A DNA stretch of 24,215 nt from a virus (lineage: Duplodnaviria; Caudoviricetes). The stretch is taken from IMG/VR virus record IMGVR_UViG_3300042342_001925, positions 1 to 24,215 of that record; one strand, written 5' to 3'. The translations under genes were made by a program, and so were the position numbers. The notes under the pieces were generated by a model, which saw only the letters and a list, made by a program, of their open reading frames with translations, did not search any database and had not been told where the DNA came from. Shown here piece by piece: positions 6,567 through 14,609 of the stretch; position 1 is the first letter of the stretch; each line of letters opens with the position of its first letter.

Positions 6567-7025
6567 ATGACTAAAGAAGAACTTAAGGATTTAGTAGACC
6601 AGGTCTATGGAACGTACAACAACGTGCTGTACGAGATGGACAAGAGGACAATCTACGCAGCATGGTATGCGCTGCTAGAGGACCTCGACTACGAAGAGAC
6701 TCGCAAGGTGTTCCTAAACATAGCCGTATACAGCAAGTTCATGCCAAGGCCAGGGGACATCAGGCGCGCAACAATAGATACCCAAACAGAAACAACCCCA
6801 CATTTAGATGGGTATTCCGCTTGGGGTATTTTTATGACCATACAAAAAGATGCCAATTTTGGTACCCAAACAGAAAAACCCAGACCAGAAGCACTGCAAA
6901 AAACTTTGGAGCACCTAGGTGACTCTGCTTTCAGCATGCACACGAACGGAGACCGTGAGGCTTTTTTGCGCGTCTACGAGAAAGTAGTAGAAGAACTTGA
7001 CAGACACAAATACAAAATTTCCTGA
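6567..7025 (+). CDS. replicative helicase loader/inhibitor (SPP1 G39P-like)
   Basis: MTKEE...Y..N......AWYALLEDLDYEE...FMPRPGDIR...AW pattern; lies downstream of the initiator-like gene. Confidence 0.72.
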   Translation: MTKEELKDLVDQVYGTYNNVLYEMDKRTIYAAWYALLEDLDYEETRKVFLNIAVYSKFMPRPGDIRRATIDTQTETTPHLDGYSAWGIFMTIQKDANFGTQTEKPRPEALQKTLEHLGDSAFSMHTNGDREAFLRVYEKVVEELDRHKYKIS

Positions 7026-7026
7026 A

Positions 7027-7272
7027 ATGCCGGACAGGCGCAAGCATTTCAAGCATTTCGACCCTCTTTCAGTAACTATGGAAGAAATGATGGCCCTACG
7101 CCGAGAGTCTTTTGGTCTTCGCGCAGAGCTAGATGAAGCCAATTATCAGCGAGCCAAAGCCGAGAAAGCGCTATCAGTCGTCATGTCATCTAAAACATGG
7201 CGCACTGGCAGGGTTGTTTTGTCCCCAGCACGCTTAATCAGGAAGTACTTCAACCTTTTGAGGCGCTCATGA
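7027..7272 (+). CDS. small coiled-coil protein ending in an SxxWR...P.R amphipathic motif
   Basis: ATG 1 nt after the loader stop; LRAELDEANYQRAKAEKAL followed by SSKTWRTGRVVLSPARLIRK. Confidence 0.65.
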   Translation: MPDRRKHFKHFDPLSVTMEEMMALRRESFGLRAELDEANYQRAKAEKALSVVMSSKTWRTGRVVLSPARLIRKYFNLLRRS

Positions 7273-7484
7273 CTATGGAATATCAGGAAGTAATCATCAG
7301 CGCCGGCGAAATAGACAATGGCCTATGCAAGTCTTGTAGGTACTGGCGCTCATTTGATAACACCTGGGGTTCTTGCCATCGGCGTGCTCCCCGTCCTTTT
7401 GTAGGTGGTTCTTCTGGGTATATTGATGTTGCTTGGCCCCAAACTAGAGATATTGACTTCTGTGGAGAATGGGGTCCTAAGTGA
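7269..7484 (+). CDS. small Cys-rich (4-Cys) phage protein
   Basis: CKSCRYW...GSCHRRAP...WP......FCGEW; ATGA coupling at 7269. Confidence 0.75.
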   Translation: MTMEYQEVIISAGEIDNGLCKSCRYWRSFDNTWGSCHRRAPRPFVGGSSGYIDVAWPQTRDIDFCGEWGPK

Positions 7485-7606
7485 ATATTCTATTTACCAT
7501 CGTCTGCATTGCTCTGATTTGGAAGGTTTCCTACTCTAATCTCCCATTTGGTGCTCGACTTGTCATAGTTTCTGTACTAGCTTTGCTCTCAGCAACACTC
7601 TTTTGA
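7481..7606 (+). CDS. 41-aa two-helix membrane peptide, not in ORF track
   Basis: GTGA overlap; MNILFTIVCIALIWKVSYSNLPFGARLVIVSVLALLSATLF* fills the gap. Confidence 0.6.
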   Translation: MNILFTIVCIALIWKVSYSNLPFGARLVIVSVLALLSATLF

Positions 7607-7628
7607 GTATTCACAAACAGGAGCAATA

Positions 7629-7799
7629 ATGAAAAGAAACCCAGGTCGCCCAGTAACCTTGTCGGATAAGCCATTTTCGACGCTTACGCTTCGTGTGTCT
7701 AGGGAATTCAAGCAGCAATTGATTGGTCAGGCTAATGCGGTAGACCTTACCTTGACCGACTATCTAATTGCTTTAGTTGAACGAGATACTGTTTCTTAA
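7629..7799 (+). CDS. ribbon-helix-helix DNA-binding protein (56 aa), not in ORF track
   Basis: SD AGGAG; MKRNPGRP...TLTLRVSREFKQQLIGQANAVDLTLTDYLIALV fits an RHH. Confidence 0.78.
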   Translation: MKRNPGRPVTLSDKPFSTLTLRVSREFKQQLIGQANAVDLTLTDYLIALVERDTVS

Positions 7800-7802
7800 T
7801 AA

Positions 7803-8147
7803 ATGGTTCGGAAATATGAAAAATCACGTTTCCCGAATAGGTACAGCGATATCCACCTGCGTGTACTTGGCAGTCAGAAGAATGAAATAATTGACTATGC
7901 CAAGGCGCAGGGGTTATCCGTTAATCAGTTGGTCATATATGCGGTCCTTGATTTCATTAGGAATCAGAAAGGCATACCGTCTCCAGGGCCATCTCAGTTC
8001 TCTATCCCTACGATGGAAGAGACGTTAACCGCCTATATGAGAGGCGAAGGCATCCTTACTCCATGCGGAAAGATGCAATGCGACATGAAGTTAGTAGATG
8101 TTTCTGGCATGCAGTTCTGTAAGCACTGCAATATAAGGGTTATCTAA
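7803..8147 (+). CDS. ribbon-helix-helix protein with C-terminal Cys4 finger
   Basis: IHLRVLGSQKNEIIDYAKAQGLSVNQLVIYAV (Arc/HicB-C-like), then PCGKMQC...FCKHC. Confidence 0.78.
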   Translation: MVRKYEKSRFPNRYSDIHLRVLGSQKNEIIDYAKAQGLSVNQLVIYAVLDFIRNQKGIPSPGPSQFSIPTMEETLTAYMRGEGILTPCGKMQCDMKLVDVSGMQFCKHCNIRVI

Positions 8148-8230
8148 TCGTCTAGGGACTTCATAGCCAGATAGATAACCATTAAGAATACGGCTATGGT
8201 TCCGGTGGCAATCATTCCAGAAGCAATCAT
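8144..8230 (-). CDS. possible 28-aa single-TM peptide coupled to whiB
   Basis: TGATG overlap with the whiB stop; MIASGMIATGTIAVFLMVIYLAMKSLDD*. Confidence 0.45.
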   Translation of the reverse strand: MIASGMIATGTIAVFLMVIYLAMKSLDD

Positions 8231-8562
8231 CAGCTACCCCACATCTGTGCGAGCGTTGGTCTAATGGGTTTAATCTTCCTTCTTCTTTGTTCTGCAGCAA
8301 GCTGTCTACTAGTAAGTCCAGCCCACACTCCATGCATATCTGCGGGTGGAAACTCCAGGGCATACTCTAAACACTCAGGTTTAACAGGACACGAAGCGCA
8401 CGTCTTTCTCGCTTCTGCAATATAAGTAATATCCTTATGTTCTTTGGGGAACATTAAATATCCAATTCCTTTACAGGCTGCTAGTTCAAACCAAGTCGAT
8501 TCACCCATATACAATTCTTTTTCTGGTTGGGAACTATTTTTTGCATTATTTTGTTGGGGCAT
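8230..8562 (-). CDS. whiB: WhiB-family Fe-S transcriptional regulator
   Basis: W...AAC...FP...A...CASCPVKPECLEYAL...HGVWAGLT...RRRK: four conserved Cys and the G-V-W-x-G turn. Confidence 0.95.
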   Translation of the reverse strand: MPQQNNAKNSSQPEKELYMGESTWFELAACKGIGYLMFPKEHKDITYIAEARKTCASCPVKPECLEYALEFPPADMHGVWAGLTSRQLAAEQRRRKIKPIRPTLAQMWGS

Positions 8563-8823
8563 TATTTTGTGCCTTTCCTACTTACGAACTATTTTGTAGG
8601 TACATTTATCTAACCACAAACAATCCCCGCAACAGTGGATTTCCCCTATGCAAATAGTAGATATTTAAACATTATGATGTTCTCTGTGTCTCTATGGCTC
8701 TCTCTAGTTATTCCTCTATGAGGTCTTAGCTAATTTGCCAATACTTCCAAACCGTTACAGCAAAAATGGGGGCGCTTTTATATAAAGCACTGTGCTTCGT
8801 TGCTTTTCCTGTAGTGTTTTGCC

Positions 8824-9843
8824 ATGTGGAAACGCAAGGACACGATATTCATAACAATCCCAGCTTTTAATGAGTTATTCATTACAGATACTATTGAAGA
8901 TGCCATTAACAAAGCTGGAAAACCAGAGAATCTGTCCTTTGGTATATTTAACCAAAAGACTCCAGGTAAGGAATTCGAGGACTTTTCCACATACGACAAC
9001 GTACGCTACGTAAATGCATACTGTCCTTTCCCTCTGGGGGCAAACTTAGCCCGCTTAAATGCCTCACTACTCCACATAGACGAGGAATTCCTATGCCCAA
9101 TAGATGCCCATAACTTCTTTGTTAAGGATTGGGACCAGATAATGATAGAAAACTACAGAATTCTAGAAAAATCCGGCATAGAGAAACCCATGCTTAGTCA
9201 ATCAATTGATGGTCATCCAGTTGAGTGTTACCTAGACGAAAGCCGCATGCACCAAAAGACAATGGTTAGTACGAATGGTTATCCACTCAAATTCAAGGTG
9301 AATAGCAGCAGGCTGTTTGAGATAGTCCAGGACAATTCAAGAGAAGATGAAAGAATCAGCGATTCAGGAATTGGGAAATTCATAGAACATTACTGCATGT
9401 ATACGGGAGGCGAGGTGCTTGTCTCTAGTGATTTTATATATGAAGTTTCCTACGACCCACGTATATCGTTCTTTTCAGACATGCAAAGTTCGTCTATTCG
9501 CGCCTCAACACGTGGATACAGGATGTTTAGTAGCGGTAAAACTGTAATGTCATCTCTTGGAAAAGACATGAATAACCAAATTTTCTGCGACGACCATAAT
9601 GTTGACTACGATGAGAATAAAGATTTACTAGTACACCAGTTGCAAAATAGGATGTTTCTGAATGGAATAAAAGATGAATCTTATGCAAAAATTATGAATG
9701 GCGAAATACTTGGATGGTATGGAGCGCCAGATATTGATTCGTTTAATATTTATGCAGAAAATTACGATGAAAAAATGGATGAATATAAAACACGCCACAC
9801 CAGAGATGGCGATGATTCTGTCTGGTTTAAATCAATTTATTGA
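8824..9843 (+). CDS. GT60-like (Skp1-hydroxyproline/polypeptide GlcNAc-transferase family) glycosyltransferase
   Basis: TIFITIPAFNE...TIEDAINKAGKPENLSFGIFNQ, GANLAR, IDAH..F.KDWD, YDPRI.F......SIRA.TRGY. TAGTGT lies 6 nt before the ATG. Confidence 0.8.
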   Translation: MWKRKDTIFITIPAFNELFITDTIEDAINKAGKPENLSFGIFNQKTPGKEFEDFSTYDNVRYVNAYCPFPLGANLARLNASLLHIDEEFLCPIDAHNFFVKDWDQIMIENYRILEKSGIEKPMLSQSIDGHPVECYLDESRMHQKTMVSTNGYPLKFKVNSSRLFEIVQDNSREDERISDSGIGKFIEHYCMYTGGEVLVSSDFIYEVSYDPRISFFSDMQSSSIRASTRGYRMFSSGKTVMSSLGKDMNNQIFCDDHNVDYDENKDLLVHQLQNRMFLNGIKDESYAKIMNGEILGWYGAPDIDSFNIYAENYDEKMDEYKTRHTRDGDDSVWFKSIY

Positions 9844-10082
9844 TTGAGATTCATTTTCTGCTTACGCCATTTCCGCATGTTGTAGAAGTTTGTAGTCCAC
9901 CACATGAGTGACATGGCTATGAATCCAGGCTTATTGTGGGTAATGCTGTAGATAAACCAAGGAATGCTATGCGCCAGGACAATTGCCCATCCCCACCACT
10001 TCATTCTCCCAATAAAGAACATCCCGGTAACACCGATAACTTCCATGAAAAAGAGGAGCCATGTCCATGCTGTGTCTGTCAT
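9837..10082 (-). CDS. small 3-TM PnuC-like membrane protein
   Basis: Trp-rich; GRMKWWGW....W.IY......GF.........YNMRKWRK. Confidence 0.65.
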   Translation of the reverse strand: MTDTAWTWLLFFMEVIGVTGMFFIGRMKWWGWAIVLAHSIPWFIYSITHNKPGFIAMSLMWWTTNFYNMRKWRKQKMNLNQ

Positions 10083-10136
10083 GCTTCGCTCTTTCGGATA
10101 AATTTATTTAAGAGGTAGTTAGAAAAGTAACAATAT

Positions 10137-10778
10137 CTATTTTTTTACAGGAGTCTTAGGAGACTGCTTCTCTGTCTCTTGAATAAATGTCTGGAATGGA
10201 GCTCCGGTATAGGAGTCGTACTTAGAAGCTGTACTTAGCGCCTTCAAGCAGGCTCTCTTGGCTTGCTGGGTAGTAAGTGTCTTCTTGCCGCCAGTTACCG
10301 TTTGAAGGGCTCCCAGAGCATAAGCCGAACCCGTGCCCGTTGCATACAGGCCAGAAGCCTCTGACATCCATGCATAATCGTTCTCAATAATGTATATCGT
10401 CGCATTTATGACCGCCAAAATAGTTGAGCCTTGTTCTGATTTATGTTCGCTTGAGTCTTTTTCTGGGGGTGAATACCCCGTTGAGTCAAAGCACTCGATG
10501 AGAGATGGTATGAATTTCTGGGTTATGAAGGCATCTAGCTTTCTACCTCTCAAGGTTGGAGGAGGGGTAGGTGGCTGGAATATGTGATGAAGAATATTTA
10601 TAGCACGCATATCTCCTGCAGCGCCCAGTAAATATTTTCCGTTTTGGGCAACTTTTGTACACCCAGGCCCCAGAGTGGATATCTGGTACGTGCTTCCACT
10701 GTCGTCTATAGAGGAGATTCTGGTGTCAACAGATATGACAGCAAAATCCTCTCCTTGGTAGCCGACGATGGTAGTCAT
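10137..10778 (-). CDS. Ntn-hydrolase, proteasome beta-subunit/HslV-like peptidase
   Basis: N-terminal MTTIVG (catalytic Thr), DTRIS, K(V), LLGAAGD, ATGTGSAYALGAL, D.YTG. Confidence 0.88.
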   Translation of the reverse strand: MTTIVGYQGEDFAVISVDTRISSIDDSGSTYQISTLGPGCTKVAQNGKYLLGAAGDMRAINILHHIFQPPTPPPTLRGRKLDAFITQKFIPSLIECFDSTGYSPPEKDSSEHKSEQGSTILAVINATIYIIENDYAWMSEASGLYATGTGSAYALGALQTVTGGKKTLTTQQAKRACLKALSTASKYDSYTGAPFQTFIQETEKQSPKTPVKK

Positions 10779-11956
10779 TACTCAGCCTTGTATTCCTTGC
10801 CTCTGAACATTGTCCAGCCGTCATATATAGCAGAAACTTCATATGAGAACTTATGCTCATTATCGTCTTCGTATGTGACTATGCCCACGCCTTGCTGCCA
10901 ATTTTCGTAGCGGGTCAATGGGCGACCGTCTAGGTCGACACCACCTCTCGTGCTAGGAATCGCTCCATCAATACGAGCAAGACAGCCTGGGGAAGCAGCC
11001 ATGATTGTTCTTGGACCGTCAAAGTCTTCCCTAGTCTTGAAAGCTGTCTCAATTCTGTGGATATGTCCATAGATAACTGATGATTTCTCGTTATTTAAGT
11101 ACACGTGAGCGGTTGAACCACCAGATTTAACTCTATCTCCATGGATGATTCTGAGTTTATTATTAATCCAGAAGTCGGCGGCTGGATATCCTGGCTTGTA
11201 TTCAATTTTATATTCGTCCATCCTGCAAAGATATGGAACGGAAAGCACTGGCCAAGATTCTGGCGTGTTTCCCTTTCTGAGACCGTATGCGGCACCAGCA
11301 TTCTGCACTAGGTACTTAGGCATTCTTTCTTCATGGTTTCCAGCAAGCCAAACAATGCGAGCATCAGGTGCGGCATTGCGCATTTGAGCGCAAAACATTG
11401 TTGCTCTGTCAATAGATGCCTGAGTTGTTTGAGCATATGCTGGATATGTTACGTACTTTCCCATCTCAGGAAGGTCAAGGTTGTCACCAACGCAAACAAC
11501 TATGTCTGGTTTTATGCTTTTTATCATTGAAATTAGTATTGATATACACTTTTCGTCGTGTGTTGGCTCTAATGTGCCATCAAAATTGCGATAAAAGCCA
11601 AATTGTATATCAGGTACGACTATGCATGTTTTGAAGCCAGATGCCTCTTTTGGTTTTGTAGTTGTCTTTTGTAGTTGTATTTGTGGTCCCTGCTGAACAA
11701 CTGGCCACTTCGGACCCTCTTCCCATGAAGGCGAAAACTGAATAGCAGTTAAGTCGTGAATTTGTGCATCGCCGTTTTCATCTTTTATCAAAGATTGATA
11801 AATTGAAACCTTCTTGATGTCACCTATTTCAGATATGTCAATATTCTTTTTTTCCAACAACTCTGCAATCGAGCCAAGAATCTTGTGCCTACTGTCAACT
11901 TTTGATTCTTCTGAAACAATTTTTTGAAGATTTTCCTTTAGGTTTGGCTTTGTCAC
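10778..11956 (-). CDS. calcineurin-like metallophosphoesterase
   Basis: PDIQ, GDNLD, GNHE, IHGD, GHIH motifs. GTG start at 11956 with SD AAGGAGG and a GTGA overlap. Confidence 0.88.
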   Translation of the reverse strand: MTKPNLKENLQKIVSEESKVDSRHKILGSIAELLEKKNIDISEIGDIKKVSIYQSLIKDENGDAQIHDLTAIQFSPSWEEGPKWPVVQQGPQIQLQKTTTKPKEASGFKTCIVVPDIQFGFYRNFDGTLEPTHDEKCISILISMIKSIKPDIVVCVGDNLDLPEMGKYVTYPAYAQTTQASIDRATMFCAQMRNAAPDARIVWLAGNHEERMPKYLVQNAGAAYGLRKGNTPESWPVLSVPYLCRMDEYKIEYKPGYPAADFWINNKLRIIHGDRVKSGGSTAHVYLNNEKSSVIYGHIHRIETAFKTREDFDGPRTIMAASPGCLARIDGAIPSTRGGVDLDGRPLTRYENWQQGVGIVTYEDDNEHKFSYEVSAIYDGWTMFRGKEYKAE

Positions 11957-12273
11957 TTTACGCCTCCTTTGATATGCTGCGAAATACAGCAACTATCTGT
12001 TCTCGTTTTGAAACATTCACGCTTGGCTCCAAGGTGTTCTCTGCCGATTGGGTATCCTTCATCCTTTAATGCTTTGCATAACGACATTGTTGAGGCTTCG
12101 CTTTGCATTGCTGCAGAAAGCGCTTCCTGAGTATCTTTATCAAGGTTCATATAAATTTCGCCAAATTTACAAAACTTTTGCGAAACACCATTAGCCATAT
12201 TGTTTAAAATATCTCTAAGCACATTTCCTCCGTAGGTAGGTTTGCCCGCATTTATGGCGTCAAGAGATTCCAC
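11953..12273 (-). CDS. small Cys-containing HTH-like protein coupled to the metallophosphoesterase
   Basis: C...L....EAL..A...LCKALKDEGYPIGREHL..KREC...CC; translationally coupled. Confidence 0.7.
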   Translation of the reverse strand: MESLDAINAGKPTYGGNVLRDILNNMANGVSQKFCKFGEIYMNLDKDTQEALSAAMQSEASTMSLCKALKDEGYPIGREHLGAKRECFKTRTDSCCISQHIKGGVK

Positions 12274-12288
12274 ATATGCTCTACACAG

Positions 12289-12321
12289 ATACTACACCAA
12301 GGACGACGCGCGGTGTAGTAT
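12289..12321. promoter_or_regulatory. back-to-back divergent promoters forming a perfect 10-bp inverted repeat
   Basis: ATACTACACC (12289-12298)-N13-GGTGTAGTAT (12312-12321). Each arm reads GGTG-TAGTAT toward its gene. Confidence 0.65.
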
Positions 12322-12328
12322 TTCCGAC

Positions 12329-12808
12329 ATGAAGGGCGACAACCGAACGGCAGAACTTAGGAAAGCTTTAGAGGCGGCAATTGACGGCTCCACCCCGGGA
12401 GACTCTAGTGTTTTGGCAGAAAAGGTGCTTGAGGCACTGGATAAGCAAAGGGTGTTCAGGTACCACAACGATGGGGAGGTCAGCCTTCTATCTACTGCTG
12501 GCAGGGTGTTGATTTCTCTACTTGAAGACCAGTCCATGACGCAAAGGGCAATTTCTGTTTATTTAGATTTATCAGAAACAATGATTGACAAAACTATTAA
12601 AACCCTTATTTCAAGAGGCTTAATCACAAAGACAAAATTGAACCGACAAAATATTTACGAGATAAATGCTGAAGAGGTAGCCAAGCACCCTGATATACAA
12701 CACTTCTTCCAGTGCATATCTTTGACAAATAAAAAACTAGAAATTAAAGATACGCAAAGAGTGACAAATAAACCAAAGGTAAACGTTGTAGATGACGCGC
12801 CTTTCTAA
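12329..12808 (+). CDS. MarR-like winged-helix DNA-binding protein
   Basis: LLSTAGRVLISL......TQRAISVYLDLSETMIDKTIKTLISRGLITK......NIYEIN; leaderless ATG 7 nt after TAGTAT. Confidence 0.82.
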   Translation: MKGDNRTAELRKALEAAIDGSTPGDSSVLAEKVLEALDKQRVFRYHNDGEVSLLSTAGRVLISLLEDQSMTQRAISVYLDLSETMIDKTIKTLISRGLITKTKLNRQNIYEINAEEVAKHPDIQHFFQCISLTNKKLEIKDTQRVTNKPKVNVVDDAPF

Positions 12809-12823
12809 TATGATGCCCACAAC

Positions 12824-13132
12824 ATGAAACCTCAACTGAAGTACGAAGGACCAAAAGTTTCATTCAAGCATTATGGAAGTACTTATGTTGTTCTTACATT
12901 TTTGAAAATGAAAAAATGTCCAACAAGCTCTAAATCTATTGCCGAGTGCTTTAAGGGTTATTTTAGAAAAGCTAGTGACGCCGAGAAGGCGCTTAAAGTT
13001 CTTGAAAGAAATGAATGCGCAAAGAATGTTGCTCCTGGCGAATGGATAATCACGCCAAAGGGTATAGAGGTTGTGTATCAGGTAGGTAGAGCAAGACCTG
13101 AGTCTGTGCTTATTCGTGGTTTTGGGATGTAG
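12824..13132 (+). CDS. hypothetical protein, winged-helix-like
   Basis: VLTFL......S..IA.......A..AL..LE.......GEWIITPKG; TATGAT upstream. Confidence 0.65.
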   Translation: MKPQLKYEGPKVSFKHYGSTYVVLTFLKMKKCPTSSKSIAECFKGYFRKASDAEKALKVLERNECAKNVAPGEWIITPKGIEVVYQVGRARPESVLIRGFGM

Positions 13133-13164
13133 CAAAAAGACTATATTTGGTTTATAGTCTAGGC

Positions 13165-13752
13165 ATGTTGCAATATAACGGAAATTCAGACCAAGAAAAG
13201 TTTGTTCTAGAAATTCTTGACTACAAAGAAAACGGAACGTACGTTGAGCTTGGGGCTTTCCACTCAATCGAAGGCAGCAATACATTTTATTTGGAAAAAG
13301 ACTTCAATTGGTCTGGAGTCTCGTTCGAAATAGTTGATGCAAGAAGAGCTGAATTCCTACAGAATAGAGCAAATCCATGTTTGGGGGATGCTTTGGAATT
13401 TAACTATCTTAACTATTTTAAAGAAAATAATTTTCCAAAGCAAATTGACTATCTTCAAGTGGACATTGATGCTGGCTATGAGCAAAACGGGCGTCCTGTA
13501 GGAAGTGCTTATACGAGTTTTTGGGGTCTTGTATCTCTACCTTTGACGCAGTATAGATTTTCCGTAATAACTTTCGAGCACGATGCAAACATGTACTTTA
13601 AGAATGCATCAATAAGGGACATGCAGAGAGAACTACTTGACTCACTTGGGTATACGTTGGTGGCTCGCACAATCCACGAAGATTGGTGGGTAGACCCAAA
13701 CGTCACAAGAATAAGTAAGTTTAGAAATTACTTTATCCACGAGGCTGGTTAA
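13165..13752 (+). CDS. FkbM-like SAM-dependent methyltransferase
   Basis: GTYVELGA...GSNTFYLEK..NWSGVSFE, IDYLQVDID, FSVITFEHD, EDWWV; ATG 6 nt after TATAGT. Confidence 0.82.
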   Translation: MLQYNGNSDQEKFVLEILDYKENGTYVELGAFHSIEGSNTFYLEKDFNWSGVSFEIVDARRAEFLQNRANPCLGDALEFNYLNYFKENNFPKQIDYLQVDIDAGYEQNGRPVGSAYTSFWGLVSLPLTQYRFSVITFEHDANMYFKNASIRDMQRELLDSLGYTLVARTIHEDWWVDPNVTRISKFRNYFIHEAG

Positions 13753-14291
13753 TGCGTAATTTTACAATAATTAGTAATTTGCTATCACATGAAGAATTGA
13801 ATTCTTTATTACATGAATTCTCATTAAGTGAATTTAGTAAGTCCGAGTCAAATACTTTGCTTTCCGTCAGCAATCCGGTGAAAGGAACTTTGGCTTTCTC
13901 AATTCTTCGTAAAATTAAAGAGCAGATTTATAAAGAAATTCAAAATTCCTATAGCTGCGAAATAACAAAAGACGTTGGCTTAGCTGTCCTGAAGTATGAA
14001 AAAAATTGTTTTATAGATAGACATAGAGATTGGGAACCAAACGACCCGTATGTGGTTAAATTCAACAAACCAAGAGTTGATTTAGGATGCGTAATTTACG
14101 TGAATGACGACTACGTCGGCGGCGAGATATTATTCTTTAATGACAAAGATAGCGAAGTTCCTTTTATGTCAATAAAACCAAATTTTGGTACATGCTTATT
14201 GTTTGACTCTTCTATATACCATAAGACAAACCCAATAGTTTCTGGAACAAAGTACTCTGTTACTGAATTCTTGCAGATTGAGAAAGTGTGA
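13752..14291 (+). CDS. 2OG-Fe(II) oxygenase (prolyl-4-hydroxylase-like)
   Basis: KY......HRD, IYVNDDYVGGEILF, P..GT.LLFDS..YH...PIVSGTKYS. Confidence 0.88.
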   Translation: MRNFTIISNLLSHEELNSLLHEFSLSEFSKSESNTLLSVSNPVKGTLAFSILRKIKEQIYKEIQNSYSCEITKDVGLAVLKYEKNCFIDRHRDWEPNDPYVVKFNKPRVDLGCVIYVNDDYVGGEILFFNDKDSEVPFMSIKPNFGTCLLFDSSIYHKTNPIVSGTKYSVTEFLQIEKV

Positions 14292-14294
14292 TGA

Positions 14295-14609
14295 TTAGCT
14301 ATTCTGTGAAATCATCCACGCTGCGAATACATCATCCTTCATTGGCATAAACCAAACCTGTGCCGCATCTATGTTGCGCTTATTTCCAACTATTGTCCAG
14401 CAGATTTCCAATACTTCTTCTGGAGCACAGGAGCCGGCGTTGCACTCCATTCCAAATCTCTCAATAAACCATCTCACTATGCATCCATTTTCTTCTGTTA
14501 TACACTCAGAATCCTCCCCTGGACATTCAATATGGAGAACCTCGATTTCAGCACGATTTATTTGTAAGGTTATTTTGTGGCCGTCGTTGTGCCAATACTG
14601 GTCTGACAT
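14295..14609 (-). CDS. hypothetical Cys-rich acidic protein
   Basis: SD AAGGA; 104-aa ORF converging on the oxygenase. Confidence 0.75.
   Translation of the reverse strand: MSDQYWHNDGHKITLQINRAEIEVLHIECPGEDSECITEENGCIVRWFIERFGMECNAGSCAPEEVLEICWTIVGNKRNIDAAQVWFMPMKDDVFAAWMISQNS

Noticed and set aside
7629-8147. Toxin-antitoxin locus
   Set aside because: Both genes look like RHH proteins, and no recognisable toxin fold is adjacent.
12564-12575. TAGATTTATCAG as a further TAGAT box (also CGGATAAATTTA at 10095)
   Set aside because: Two to three mismatches; the first lies inside a CDS. Not counted.
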